From: Yuukianura sp. NJ FZ-2021
Lineage: Eukaryota
Length of the DNA stretch: 64,000 nucleotides
Reading direction: 5' to 3'
Assembly: GCA_046563655.1 (NCBI GenBank)
Contig: CM102288.1
Span: 372,001 to 436,000 of the forward strand
A program made the position numbers and the translations under genes. A model generated the notes under the pieces. The model did not search any database. It was not told the origin of the DNA and was given only the letters and a program-made list of their open reading frames with translations. Shown piece after piece: positions 12,185 through 26,876 of the stretch (its first letter is position 1; each line of letters starts with the position of its first letter).

Positions 12185-13397
12185 TGTACCTTAAACCAGG
12201 AGTATCATCATCATCAGTATCAGCAGTTTAGCATCAGGAGGAAGCTTTTTACAATTTGGAATATGAGTTGTACGCAGTTTATGCTGAATTGGTTTGTCAA
12301 TTTCCATGATTTGAACAACGTTCGTCCATCCTGAGTTGTGTGTACGTGTTCGTATGCAGCTTGCTACCAAGTGACTGGCTCACAATTAGAGGTGACCGTA
12401 TGACGTTCTTTTCACTCCGCTCTGACGACACAAACAACAAAAACTACTTTTTAGTACTATCCAGTTCTAGTCTAAAAGTCCAACGTAAAATAACATGCGT
12501 CCAAGAAGAAGGGGAGAAGATGATCTTTGTGCCCTCCACAAACTGATGGTGATGCTCTAGGTACTTTGAATTGCAAAAGTAGCAAAACTACTTTCCAGTA
12601 TCAATTGCCACGAACATATCTAGAAAGCAAAAACTTTGACGTCATGCACCCCTTTAAACTCTTACTTTTTCCTATATGATTTATACAGGTACTGAGCGCG
12701 TGAATTCTAACAAGATGCACGATTTTGAAATCGGAAAGATGTTTATCAAATCCAATTCTACCGAAATCCATTCAAAAAAGTTCGCAAAATAGGGAAAAAT
12801 GAAAGTTGCAGTTTTGAATGTTTACTTCACCTCTGGTAAGATTTAAAAAATTGGGTTTTCAAATTCGCACGAGTCGGTTTATGAAAAATTAATGAAGGTC
12901 ATTTGTGTTTTTTAGAGCAAAGGAAATTCCATTTTTGGAAGACAATTGGAGAAGTTCTGAAATGGGTTTTTATTTTTGAAAAAAGTGTGAATCCAATACA
13001 CTCATGTGGGACATTTGCCAATTCTACACCGTAACAATGTGTCCTCGGAATTTTTTGCAAATATTTGCAGAACCAAGTCTACCGGGTTCCAGTTTGGCAC
13101 GATCAATAGGAAAAGGAAGAATATCTAAATCGGTGGAAGTTCCCTGCTGAACGAAAGTAATGAAAATGGAATGAATTGTTAATTAAGAAAAGTGTCAAAA
13201 AGTAGTGCCAGGAGACAGGCGACGACTTTTTCCATCGGGTTTTTTCCAAATCCAATTTTGAAATGTAAGTTGAAAACTGAAAATGCTATGAGTATTGTTT
13301 CATATTCATAGTATAAATGTAAGAGTAAGGTGGGTGTTTGAAAAAAGTTCGGCCTTGTACTGATGTTGTTTTGATGGTTCTAAAATCTATTTTGTAG

Positions 13398-13768
13398 GTC
13401 TCGTCGCGATTTGGCAGTTCCAGCCGAAACCATGGAATGCTGACTTCACTGCGGCTTCAAGTGAAGTTGGGGGAACATTTTTGCAAGACTTTTCGCGAAT
13501 TCTGGAGGATGAGGAGGGGGAAAGGCGGAGGAGGATGGGTGGCGTTTGGCAAAAAAAGTCATGGAACCTCCAAGCTTCAAGTTGGATAGAAGAGGACTCT
13601 TTTTGAACAAAACTGAAACTCTGCTAACCCACACACCCATTTCTACTTTTCCATTCGGACCCGCGTGTGTGTGTGCTTGGACGAGTGTGTTTTCCTATCT
13701 CCAACATCTGGAAAAATAAGAAAACGATACGGTTTTCCTCAACAGACATTCTTTTCTACCTAATTTTG
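13398..13768 (+). other. Probable non-coding (5'UTR) exon of Tob
   Basis: ctattttgtag| acceptor and ttg|gtaagt donor; higher GC; not in frame with Tob. Confidence 0.4.
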
Positions 13769-16727
13769 GTAAGTACTGGCTCAACATTCAACAATTAGTT
13801 AGTTAATTGTTAAACTTTTAGTCTGCTCAGACTCAATTGTCCACAAAAGTCCATATTGTCATGTCAATCTAAATTCTCAGGCCATGCTTTTCTCCACGTC
13901 ACTCTGTCCTTCAGTCCAATTGCTCCCGTCAACATCCATGGACGATGGACGACATCGTCCATCGTCCATTGCTGCTTGTCGTCCACCGTCCACGTCCATT
14001 ATAATTGTTAAGGCCACTTTTTAACGATAGTTGAAGTTTAAACTCAAGTTGGTTCTTCTTTCACTTCCTTTTTGTCAGTTTTATTGTGGACAGCTATGGG
14101 GGGAGGTGGAATGTGAGCAGTAATTGATTAATTGTCATCCAGATTAGTTACTGAATGGGCAAGTAGTGCTGGAGGCCATCTTTTGGTATAAATAGACTCC
14201 ACTGTCATGTCTGTCCAATGTTTGCTTGCGTAGTAAGTTGGACCAAATGAAGTCCATTTTGGTTATGCCCGGCTGACTTAAGTTATAGCCTTCTCTCTGT
14301 TGGACATGGACAAGGAAAGTTGTTGCTTAATAGTCTTTTTAAGTTGTAATGGAAATGGCTTTAGAAGTAAGGCTACTTGGTGTTGGGTAATTGAGGAAGA
14401 TAGGAGGGGTTTTGGCAAAGGTGAGCCAGGGTTGACCTTGGACTCACATCATCTTCTCCCATGGACTATGGACATGACACGCTAATTGCCACTGGGAACA
14501 TCCCTCCCATGTCAATAACAATAGACTTTGAAGTAGTTTTAAGGAAAAGGTGGACAGGATTACGCAAGTGAGGTTGGCAAAATGGCAAACGAGGAAAGTG
14601 GATTCTTCCAGGATATTTCCCTTTAAATTGTTTTTCACAACTAACTTTTTGCTTGTGGGCACTATTCCGTGTTAATTAGGAGTAAAAACAGTGAGTAGGT
14701 GGCATTTAAATGGTGGTGTGATTTCAAACGCAAAATATTTAAGTTTAAACTTTACGTCAACTACCGAGAAAAAAAGAGCAAGCACATCGGAAAGTAAAAG
14801 TAAAAAGTTATGAGGGGGTAACCGCACCAAAAAAAAAAGTTTGCTCATGAGGGCTAAAAGTAGGCAAAAGAGAGTAAAAGTAAAAACTAAAAGTTTAGTC
14901 TCATGAGGGTGTGTAAAAGTTAGCTAAAATGTAATTTAGGACATAGGAATTATAGGAATTAACTAGTTAGACATTATCATTGTTAGATTAGTTTTTGCTG
15001 TGCCTCAAGAGTAGTACTCATAATGTGATTTTTTTAGAACGTATTTTAAGTATTTGCTTATTCTGAAACCCGTGACGGTATGTGATTGTGATGCATTTGT
15101 TGTACTGAAAAGGATGATGAGTATTTGATGACTTTGGGGGCAGGGGAAAGTTGAGTGGCAAAAGCAAGGAGTGGGGAGATTATGATTTTTTTAATAGAGT
15201 AAATAACTGTGTAGAAAAAGTTAATAGGTTTGCACTCAAACAGAAGTATTGAATTTCAAAATAGATTCGATTTTTGGACAAAATTGATTTGCTTTCGAGA
15301 AATATTTTGAGTAACCAATTTAGCATCACCTCAGCTGGCATTTATTAAAAATTTACAAAATGCCCAGTTTTTTAAACATGTTTTTGCTGCTGTATCGATT
15401 TTCATTTGTAAATCTAGACTTTATAAAGTATGTATTATTTACCGACACGCTTAATACTCTTCTGTGCTGATTGGGCTAGATGTAGAAATATTTGTTGTTG
15501 CTACAAATCTATTCTGGTAGGAGATCTGTACGTCTGTATGTTTCTGGTTTGCAAATTCTTTAGAAAACATATGGTTTGAGCTAGCATTTGAGCACTAATC
15601 ATGTTCAAATCAATGCATTTGTATATCTATCTTCAAGCGCTTGTTTAACTAGCGTCACCACTTTTACATTAGTCATTCGCTTTCGCTTCAAGTTCGATCG
15701 ATGTGACATGTAAAATTGTGGGGTAAATCAACGAACTCCAAGTGATAAGTTCAAGGTTAAAAATGAAACGGCGTAGATTTTTGCTTGATCCTGGATTTAT
15801 AGATTCTGCTAATACTAAACTCGTGACGTCTAAAAAGATCAGTTGAAAAGGTGTGCTGGAGACAAAATTGAATAGGAAAGATTCTAATGGTTATGTATTT
15901 TGTGTCGTCGTAAGATTAGTCCAACAATTACGTCGAAATCGCTGAACGATTTCGTCACTTTTGTTCAAGTCGAAAGTGCAACGCTGTGAATTCACCATAG
16001 AACGACATCATAGTTATGATGTCGTTAAGATGATTCAATTTTCATTTGAAAAACGTGTAGGTACTAGTTTTAGAAACGTTGTGAAATCTTAGGTGTTTTC
16101 TACATCTTTTAGTCGAAATAGATAGACTTAACGTAGTCATTTCGTGAATATCTGAAATAGAGTTATTTTTTTATAGACTGTGACCCGAATCGGGGTCAAT
16201 GGAAATCTAGATTGTTACAATTTCCCGGATTTTTTCTCTTCTTTCTACCATTTTCTCTATCTCAGTGAGATCATTTGTAAGATTTAGAATGGTGGTAAAA
16301 GTTTGAATTGAGAAAAAGGAAATTTGATCATGTCTCCAAATTTAACACAATTCGAAAAAAGAGAGGTTTTTTCATTTCTCCGAGTTAAAAAAGTGTATTT
16401 GAACAGAGCTGTTTGGCTGAATTCTTTTAAGCTCCTGTGCCAAAATCTCTTCTTTTTTCGGGACTTTGGAATGGAAAATGATGATGTGGGCTGTAGGGCG
16501 GAGGGGCTAAAATTAGGCCGATTTGATCTTCTCTTGTTTCGCGAAAAAAGGAGAGAGGATCCAGGTTGGCACGGTCCTGAGAAAGCGCTTTGGAGCCTTG
16601 GCTTTGACTCTAGACCAAGAAATCGATTGACCCAGTTTACTAAACATACTTTCAACATCATCTGGCTCAAAAGGAGCTAAAGGTATAGCACTAAAGTTTA
16701 AGCTAGAAGTGCTAGAATCACTCCTAG

Positions 16728-16790
16728 TGACGTCAAGGAAGGAAAGGGGGCGGGGTTTCTACTTCCCCCGGGGGTGGGGTGGGGAGGAAT
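16728..16790 (+). promoter_or_regulatory. GC-rich promoter-like island with full CRE and GC boxes
   Basis: TGACGTCA at 16728-16735 followed by ggggcgggg and ggggtggggtgggg, 1.3 kb upstream of the first Tob coding exon. Confidence 0.5.
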
Positions 16791-18041
16791 AAGAAACTAC
16801 CCGGGTAGTACGACTACTTTTTCGGAGAGTTTGTATGAAAGTCGGTCTTGCTAAAAAGTTGAGCCTTCGCCCACACGTTTCTCCAGACTGCGGCAAGTTC
16901 CTAGCTCTAGTCCCCTTTTTTTCATAGTAGACGCCCACACGGACAAACTGAGCGCCGTGAAACGCCGCCGCGGCGATGTTCAAAATATCACCCAAATCTT
17001 TCCAAGTTTTTTTTGCTAAAAAAGTTTTTCCGAAGGCCACTGAATTTGGAACATGTTGCAAAATATTTGGCGCACCCTGCTGGCCTCCCCTCCTTAACTC
17101 CCCTCCCTAGCAGCACATCACAATGGATTATACAAATAACAAAAACTGAAACAAAAATGTACACATCTAGCTGCCAGGTTTTTCGAAAAGTAGGAAGTTT
17201 TCGGTATTTTTGTAGATTTTAGATTTGGAGTCAAACATTTCATGTTTTCAAAAAAGAAACCCGGGTATGGGAAGTTTTTGAGAGAAAATGTTGGAACCCT
17301 GTGAGCAAAGAGTTTTGAGTTTTATGTCTGAAGGAGAAATGTAGGTGACCTCTATTTTTTTAAGCATCGGATCGATAAAACCGTATTTATATATGAACAG
17401 CATGTGGAAACTCGGTCGTTGAGACACAAAACTACTAAAAGTTGTATACTTAAATAAGTTCTGAGTTATTTCGAATTCTGCACGAGCCAAAAACAAATTT
17501 CCGCACTGTCGTCGTTTGTGACGGTGCAGAGTAGTGGTACGGTGACAGTTTTGGAATTTGACCTCGTTTGGGTCTAAAGGTCACCGAAACGAAAGCTTTT
17601 TCGGAGTCGAGCGGGAGGCGGAGCTTTTTCGGCTCTGAGGGAAGGCGGAGCAACTCTTTACTTGAAAATAGCTTTGTGAAACACAGTTTTTGTTCTATTG
17701 TGTACTTTTTGCAGTTCCTAATATGTTTCATAGAGGCATTTACGGATTGTTCTGTTCATCAAAAAGTGTCAGTTGTAGAAATTAATTAAAGTTGAATAAC
17801 TCTGGAGGAGGGGGCTTTGAGTCATTCTTGTGGTTTTTGCTAAAAACCACAGTTGTTGGACCGCAGGAGACAGGAACAGAGTGGAATTTACCAAAAGAAT
17901 TGACTATTTCTGGTGATAAGTTAAATAACAACATGGAATTTGCAGAATTTGGACAGAATTGTTGACTAAAAGAGGAAATTGCGGACTTTTCTTAGAAATG
18001 TTTGAATTAAAAAAGTAATGAATTTTTTGTTTTTCAGAATT

Positions 18042-19850
18042 ATGCATTTGGAAATTACGATAGCCCTAAACTACTTGCTACAAAACCTCTACAATAAATT
18101 GCCCCGCCGAAGAGTGAACCTGTTTGGGGAAGAGCTGCTCCATCAACTGAAACAAAAGTACAATAATCACTGGTACCCTGCAAACCCTGTCAAGGGCTCG
18201 GCCTACCGGTGCTTGAAGACTCCCACTGACCCTGTCATAAGTATTGCAGCCAATGAAGTCAACATTAATCTCAACGACAGTAAGACAACTTCACAAATCA
18301 CAAATTAAACTTAAGTTAATTAATTAATTAATTAAGTTTTTGTGATTTTCAGTCATTGAGAACTTGCCGACTGACCTCTGGATCTGGATTGACCCTGGAG
18401 TAAGTTCAAAACATCGATAAATAGCAAGCGCAGGCCTCAATTTCAATTTTGACTAGTTTTGCTGTAAATTTCAGCCATTTTGACTAGTTTTGCTGTAAAT
18501 TTCAGCCATTTTGACTAGTTTTGCTGTAAATTTCAGCCATTTTGACTAGTTTGCAGTAAATTTCAGCCATTTTGACTAGTTTGCATTAATAGTAATCAGG
18601 GATAAAAAGATTTTGAAAGTGGAAAAGTTCAAAATGGCTGAAGATTGATGACCAACTTTGTACTGAAATGCTGAAAGTACTTGCGAAATGACTAACGATG
18701 CAAAAAATGCTAGGTCAAAGTTCAAGTCTAAAGCTGTGGTTTAAATGCTTTGTGGATTTTACGCTGTACTCATAATCAGTACAGAGTTGGAGGTGATTTT
18801 GAGGGCATCAGAGAGAGATGTTCTCAAAAATTTGTTTTTTATTTAAATTTTTGCGCAAGTTTAATTTTTTTTTAATTTTTTTTTCTAATTTCTTGCATTT
18901 TTTATCTCTTAGGAGGTCAGCTACAGAATTGGCAACGGAGGTCAAGTGAAAATTCTGTGGAAGGGGAATGGTGACAACATTTGGGAGTCCATGCTGCATG
19001 CGGATCATGTGCTGGAGGATGACATTCTCTGTGACTCTGGTACTACATCACTTTGTTTGTCTTTGAAACAATTTAGTACAGACTTTTAAATGTTTTTGGA
19101 TAAGATATTAAGTTGATTTGGTTAATTATATTGTTTAATTGTGATTTGTTAATTTAGGGTTCTACCCACTCCAGCAGGCGATAGTAAGCTCAGCACTGCC
19201 GCAACAACCGCAAGCTCCAGCAATTCCATTGATTGCTCCGGCTCCGCAACAACAACAACAACCGCAAGTTGCGACGACAAAGGCACGACAGCCCAGCTTG
19301 ATGACGACAGGTACTTTTTCAGACAAAAAAACTGAAATTTTTGAAATTCATTTCGAAAATTTGAATTTCATTTTGAAATCTGTGTAAATCTAGCGGCCTT
19401 TGCCCAAACAAAGTTCGGTTCAACTAAACTGAAGACCAATAATAAGAGGATTAACTCATCCGGAGCAAGACAAAACATGAGTCCGACGGAGTTCAGTAAT
19501 TACATTAAGCAAAAGCAGTTGCAGCAGTTGGCACTCGGTAATCATCACACTTTTTAAAACTCGGAGAGTTCGGTTTTTTCCCGAGAGAAGCCGAATAATT
19601 TTAGACTTGAGCAGTATATTGATTTAGTTGATTTTGTAACTTTTTAGCGACTGCCGCTCCACCACCGCGCCCACGGTCACTCTCACCAAACGACTACTGG
19701 TCGCCGACCGGCCTCAGTTCAAACGGTAGTTCATTCAACATCAACAATCACTTTGACTACTACAGTCCGCTCTTTGACCCGTCGTCAGTCTGGGGAGCCA
19801 ACATGGGTCACCATGGCAACGCTCCAACGCCTGACCTCCTCGTCTCCTAA
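18042..19850 (+). CDS. Tob: Tob/BTG-family antiproliferative protein (CAF1-binding deadenylation adaptor)
   Basis: Exons 18042-18279, 18353-18399, 18913-19039, 19158-19310, 19394-19537, 19648-19850. MHLEITIALNYL..KLPRRRVNLFGEEL..HWYPANPVKGSAYRC (box A), LPTDLWIWIDPGEVSYRIG (box B), and the Tob-specific FAQTKFGSTKLK..MSPTEFSNYIKQ. Confidence 0.95.
18446..18585. repeat. 31-bp minisatellite, ~4.5 copies, Tob intron
   Basis: Unit attttgactagttttgctgtaaatttcagcc repeated head-to-tail. Confidence 0.95.
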
Positions 19851-22266
19851 ACATTTTAAAAAGTCTCACTACAAACTCGTCACTTTGGAAAAAAAGAACG
19901 TCTCCAAAGAATTTTAGTACACAGAGGAAAGCATTGTTAACATACGATTTAAGTACAGAAGCAGCGGGAAAGAAGAGCAGAAAACATAGATTTTTTACAA
20001 CAATTCGAAATTTAGTAACCCTTTTTTATTGTTGTTGTTATACTTTTACGTAAAAACATTTCTTTTTGTCAATTTTTGAAATTCGGTTTTTTAGAAAGTA
20101 CAGAGTGGCTCTCAAAATTTATGTTTTTACAAAAGCGGAAAGAAATTGTAATTTGGAAAAAAAGAGAGAACCTAGTCGACAAAGAGGGAAAGAAATAACT
20201 AGAGTTATTAATTGATTAAGTATTTCAATTTTTATTAATTAGTAGTAATAATAAGTTTTACTACAAAAAATCCAAAGAATCCTAATTTTTAATAATGCAA
20301 GGAGGGAAATTAGCGAAATTTTTTTCAAATCTTTATATTCGTAATTTTTTGTTATTTAAACAAGAACAATACGAAAGAAAAACACGATGGATGAGGGGTT
20401 TTTAGACTCTAAACGCTAAATTTTTTTGAAAAAGAAAATCGAGAAAAAAAACTTTACAAATTTTTATGTTTAGTACTACGTAGATGTGCGAAAAAATCCA
20501 AAACTTCGTGTTTTTAAGTTTTGTTCTTGTGTTTTGATACTTAATTTTTTTTTCTTGTCCTTTGTACCTGGTTCCAAAGAATTATAAAAAGAAAATACTA
20601 TTACAAAATACGAAAGGAAAAATGTAATTTTAACTTAGTAAAAACAATTACATTTAAAAAATGTTTTATTACATAAAAATACACGTCGTACGTAATATAG
20701 TTTTTATTTTATTACATAAAAACAAAAGATGGAATTCTAGTGATGATCGAAACATAAACAATTATATAATTATATCTTATGTACTGATGAGAGAAGAGAG
20801 AGCGACAGAGAAAGGAATTATATAATACATTTAATTATTATTGTAATTAACTAATACAAAACCGCCAGAAAACGTTGTTATTTTCTAAAAATCTTGTCAA
20901 AATTAGTTTAACACGAAAAAACCTTCGAGAGAAACAAACACGATGGAAGCTGGAATTGGAACGAAAAAAAAACTTTACTAAATTAGTAAAAAATTGTATC
21001 AAAATTAGGAAAATTTAAAAACCAGTTACACTAACTACTACTACAAACTCAAATACCAAAAGAAATAATCAAACCAAAAATTAATTGTGTAAATTAATTA
21101 ACAACTTATTCTGTGCTGTATGTAAACAGGGGATGGGGAGGTAATCATTTAAAATGTTTAGTTATTAAGGGGCGGGGTAAAAAAAACGCAAGGGGGGAAA
21201 ACTGAGGCTAAATTGTACCTAACTGGAGTGGAACAGAAACGTTGAAATAAGGCAAAGAGCTGAGGATTGTAAAATCAGTGCAAATCATGTGTAGTAGTAG
21301 TAAGAGAAAAAAAATCGTTTTTCGAAAATTTTATGAAAAAAATTGTAATCTCGGTAAATCGCTGTTCATCATCTCTTTGGGGGTTTTAACGTATTCATTG
21401 AGATTAAAAGTATGACTTTTTAAATTGTTTCTTCAGAAAACAATCATCAAGTTGTTTATTTCGAATTTAGTTTACTATTCTGTTGAACTTGCTATTTGTT
21501 TGCTTGAGTCAAGGTCAAGTGAGTTGTTTCTCGAAGGTCAAAGGTTACAAAAACAAAATTTGTGAAAACAAAATTGATCATTACGTCAGACGGAATTTTG
21601 AATTTGAAAAACTGTCCGATGATGCTCAGATGAATTTCACGCCTTTCCAGCATGATATGATAAAATTCAACAAAAAGGAAGATGTTTTATGTACTTTGCA
21701 ATTTTTAAGACATTTTTGAAGAGTTTTTTTTGCAATAACATATTTTCAAATTGAGATTTCAAAAAAATAACGAATTTGGATTGGGACGGGGCAACTGGAT
21801 ACCAGAGGGGGAAAACAGCGCAAATTTTTAAACTTGGGAATTCACGCTCCCCCTTCCAAATTCAAGAAAAAAAAACAAAGGAAAGGAATTTTATTTGTTT
21901 CTTTTTGGATAATCTGACTAAAAAGTTAAATCTGTCAATTCACACGTAAACGATTGATTTATCACCAAAGATAAGTTAATTAATCAACTTTTCAGAAGAA
22001 ATTAGTACATGAAGATTGAAGTAGCTAATTGCTGGAGGATAACGTAAGTATCTTTACTTCATCTTCTTCGTCCCTCCCTTAACAAACACTCAAAGTTTTT
22101 ACAACTGAACACTGAACTTGTTTTACTTCCAGGTCAACTAAAGGTCAAATATTCAAAGAATCCAACCCTGCTCTAACAAGATTTGCAACTGCTACTGCAC
22201 AGATCATTTGCTGTTGATATACGCCAACGACGTGAGGCATAGGAACAATGTCTTCTGTATTTTGAA

Positions 22267-23875
<1,609 letters not shown>

Positions 23876-26781
23876 ACTTTGGATTTTTCTTACTCTTATT
23901 CGTTCAACTTAAAATTTTTGTTGCTTTGTGTTTTAGTTGGAGTTTGAATTGAGCGGAGGATGTCAAGACTGATCTTTGGTGAGGATACTTGTGTTGCCAA
24001 TCTCTCTTTCTTCCTCTTCAAACAAAGGTGTAACTCTCTGGATGATGTATGTGGAAACTTACTACTATTAACCTACAGCAGCAGGATTAGATTTTATAAT
24101 GAACTACAATTTCAAAAAGAAGCAGGGAAGTGTAGGAATTTGGAGTTTAGCGTTACAAGTTTTTGCAAACTTTTAGATTGCAAACTTTTAGGAAGAAAAG
24201 AGGTGTTCCATTTGTATTATGTAAATTCTTTTGAAAATCGTGTTTTGCTGTCTTCATTTTTCAAAAATTGATAGGAACTTGTTAGAAAAGCTTTAGATTT
24301 AAAATGGAAGAAACCGAGCTAGAGATGTACAGAAAGTGAACAAATCGTCCCCACAAACTGTTTCTGTCCTATCATCATTTAGATATTATTTTCTACCAGT
24401 TTTGAATTAATTTAGATTCTAGATTGACTAGTGTCTGTCTTTGTTTTTGTTTGTGTTGTTAAATTTCTTGTTCCTAAAAAGCAAAACTTGCTTGAGGAGA
24501 TAAATGAAGAGATTTCTTGATTTTTTCCCGCCTGTAAATATGGCTTTATGCTTGAGAAACTAATTAAAATTGAGCATAAACTTGAAGTTTTTAGTTGACC
24601 TTGGAGTTACAGTTGACCTTTAAGTTTGATCCACTTTTACTCTCTGATTGTTGAGTAACTTTTGTAATTTAGGTATTAAACTGAATTTAATTGACATGAT
24701 TCATGGGATCATCAATTGTGAAAAGGTGAAAGGTCATCAATCACTCCTCTTCGTAATGTCATGAACTAACAACACATTTTTATGAGATCATCTTTCATGC
24801 AATTCAATCAGTCAAGTTGTTATGAGGCGTGGAAAATTCTGTTCATAACTTTAGGTCATATGTCAGGAGAGTCAGGAGCATAACAAATTGAAAACAAATT
24901 TTGAAAGATTTAAAAAAAAATCGGTTTTGTATTCTTGAATGCACGGCTCTTTCATAAACGATTTGATTTACTCTTCCATATTTGTTTTCTTTTGAAATTT
25001 TTGAACATTTTGAAGTTTGAAAAACTAGATTTCATAAGAGCATTTTTTTTAGCAAAGACAGAAAATTATGATATAGAAATTCGAGTGGAAGGAAATTAGC
25101 GAGATCTCGAACACACGAAATTCTCAACAAGTTCATCACGACTTTTGCGAATGTCGATTTAATGTGACTCCTATTGTTTGCATGAAAATCTCTTAACCAT
25201 AAATCAAGTTCAGTTCTAATTGTGATCAAAAGGTCAAGACTAACTTTTCAAAAAAAAAATTGGCTGTTTATTCATTTTACATCATTTTCTTGTATCTATG
25301 GACGAACTATAGAGTCAGCCGTGAGTAAGGAACTAAATATGACTCTCCAATTTATGAAAAGTTTCTTAAAACTTTTTGAGTAGCTTTAGGTGTTGACAAT
25401 GAAATTGAAATTAATGCTTTGAAAACTACAGCCACGCCCTCGTAGAAACTAAATCAACATTCCTGATTTTAAGGAATTACGAACCTCCTTTTTTGGAAAA
25501 AGGAGTTTGTTCCTCACAATGGTTTCTTAACTGGTGTAATTCGATCATCTCATTTGCCGACATGATTAAAAACTAGTTTTAAATTCAAGTTTTCCAAAAG
25601 TGTGACAATTTAGTCCTTCAAACAAACCGCTTCCAGACGTAAACAATTTTAAAAATGACTTCAGTCCTTCCTACACGACACGAACGCAAAACAAATCTTC
25701 AAAAAATAGAATCGGTATGAATTAAATGTCTAAAATTCAAAAAAATTGTTTCCAAAGCTAAACGAACCCGTATATACAAATGTGCAACATTTTTCTGAAA
25801 TGTTTTCAGTTTTTAATTTGTGCATACTTACATAATTATTGTTACCTTTCGGTTTTAATTTAGTAGGTCAATTACTATTGTAATTACAATCATCACCCAT
25901 TCACTTATTCTTGAAAGATGTAAATGTGTTATTAATTATGAAATTCATGAAAAGCATCAAGTTGAGAATAATTGTGGAGTGCATTGAGGAAAATGACAAT
26001 TGATGACAAGGTCAGGCGGAGTGACGACGTTGGTGTCCGGACTGTTGCAATATTGACAATGACAGGATGACGATGGAAGTGACAAGATGCAGGAGTTCTC
26101 AGTGTCAAGTTCCGCAAATTGAAATTTCCAAATGCCAACCTCCTAAGAGGTGTCAAGTTCTGCAAAAAAAATTGCAAAGTCATCCTTCAAAAAAAGTTAA
26201 AACGAAAGTTTTAAAAAGCTTCAGAATTCGCAAAACGCTAAAAAAATGTATGAAAATTAAACCAGGAGTAATTTTTGTTAGCATCAGTACAGGACTTTGC
26301 GTATTACAAAAAACAACAAAAGTGCTCTAATTTTTAATTTTTTGTGTTGATTTTTTATGAAGATGCAGAAAGTGAACGGCATTGAGAAGAGAATAATACA
26401 GGAATTACTGCTCTCTTCACACGTCTTACGTCGTCTTTTGAGTATTATTAAACTAGTTTATTTGAAATTGGACACTGGGAGGGGGTTGGTTGGAATTTGC
26501 ACATGCAAAAAATTGCAATCGCAAAATAAAGGAAATCTAACTGGCCAACAACGTCAGTTAACAGAATCGTAGGTTTAAAAATGAAGTTTATTTTATGAAT
26601 GAGGGGCCACCGTCAGTTAAGTACTAAAAAATTTGCAAATTTTGAAGGGGCCTGTACTGTGATTCCATTAAATTCCAGGGGTTGCAAAAAAATTAGCAAA
26701 CCCAACCCTAGCTCTCCTCCACTCTTGTTTTTAGATCCGCATTCGCCAAAAACTTGGCAATTTCTGGTTTGATAATTTTAG

Positions 26782-26789
26782 TATAAATA
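26782..26789 (+). promoter_or_regulatory. TATA box of the cuticular protein gene
   Basis: TATAAATA ~95 nt upstream of the ATG at 26877. Confidence 0.7.
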
Positions 26790-26876
26790 GGTCCCTTCGT
26801 GGGCAATAAAATTTAGATCACTTTTTAGCAATCTTTTAAAAAGTTGTAAACTCAAAGTGCAGTAAAGGAGGAAATC

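Noticed and set aside
14780..14920. Repeated aaaagt/tcatgaggg words
   Set aside because: Too degenerate to define; probably a TE fragment.
16284..17789. Overlapping 80-128 aa ORFs on both strands
   Set aside because: No recognisable domain or splice framework; explained by locally higher GC in a promoter-like region.
19851..21420. Specific CPE/ARE elements in the long Tob 3'UTR
   Set aside because: U/A-rich words are expected at this base composition.
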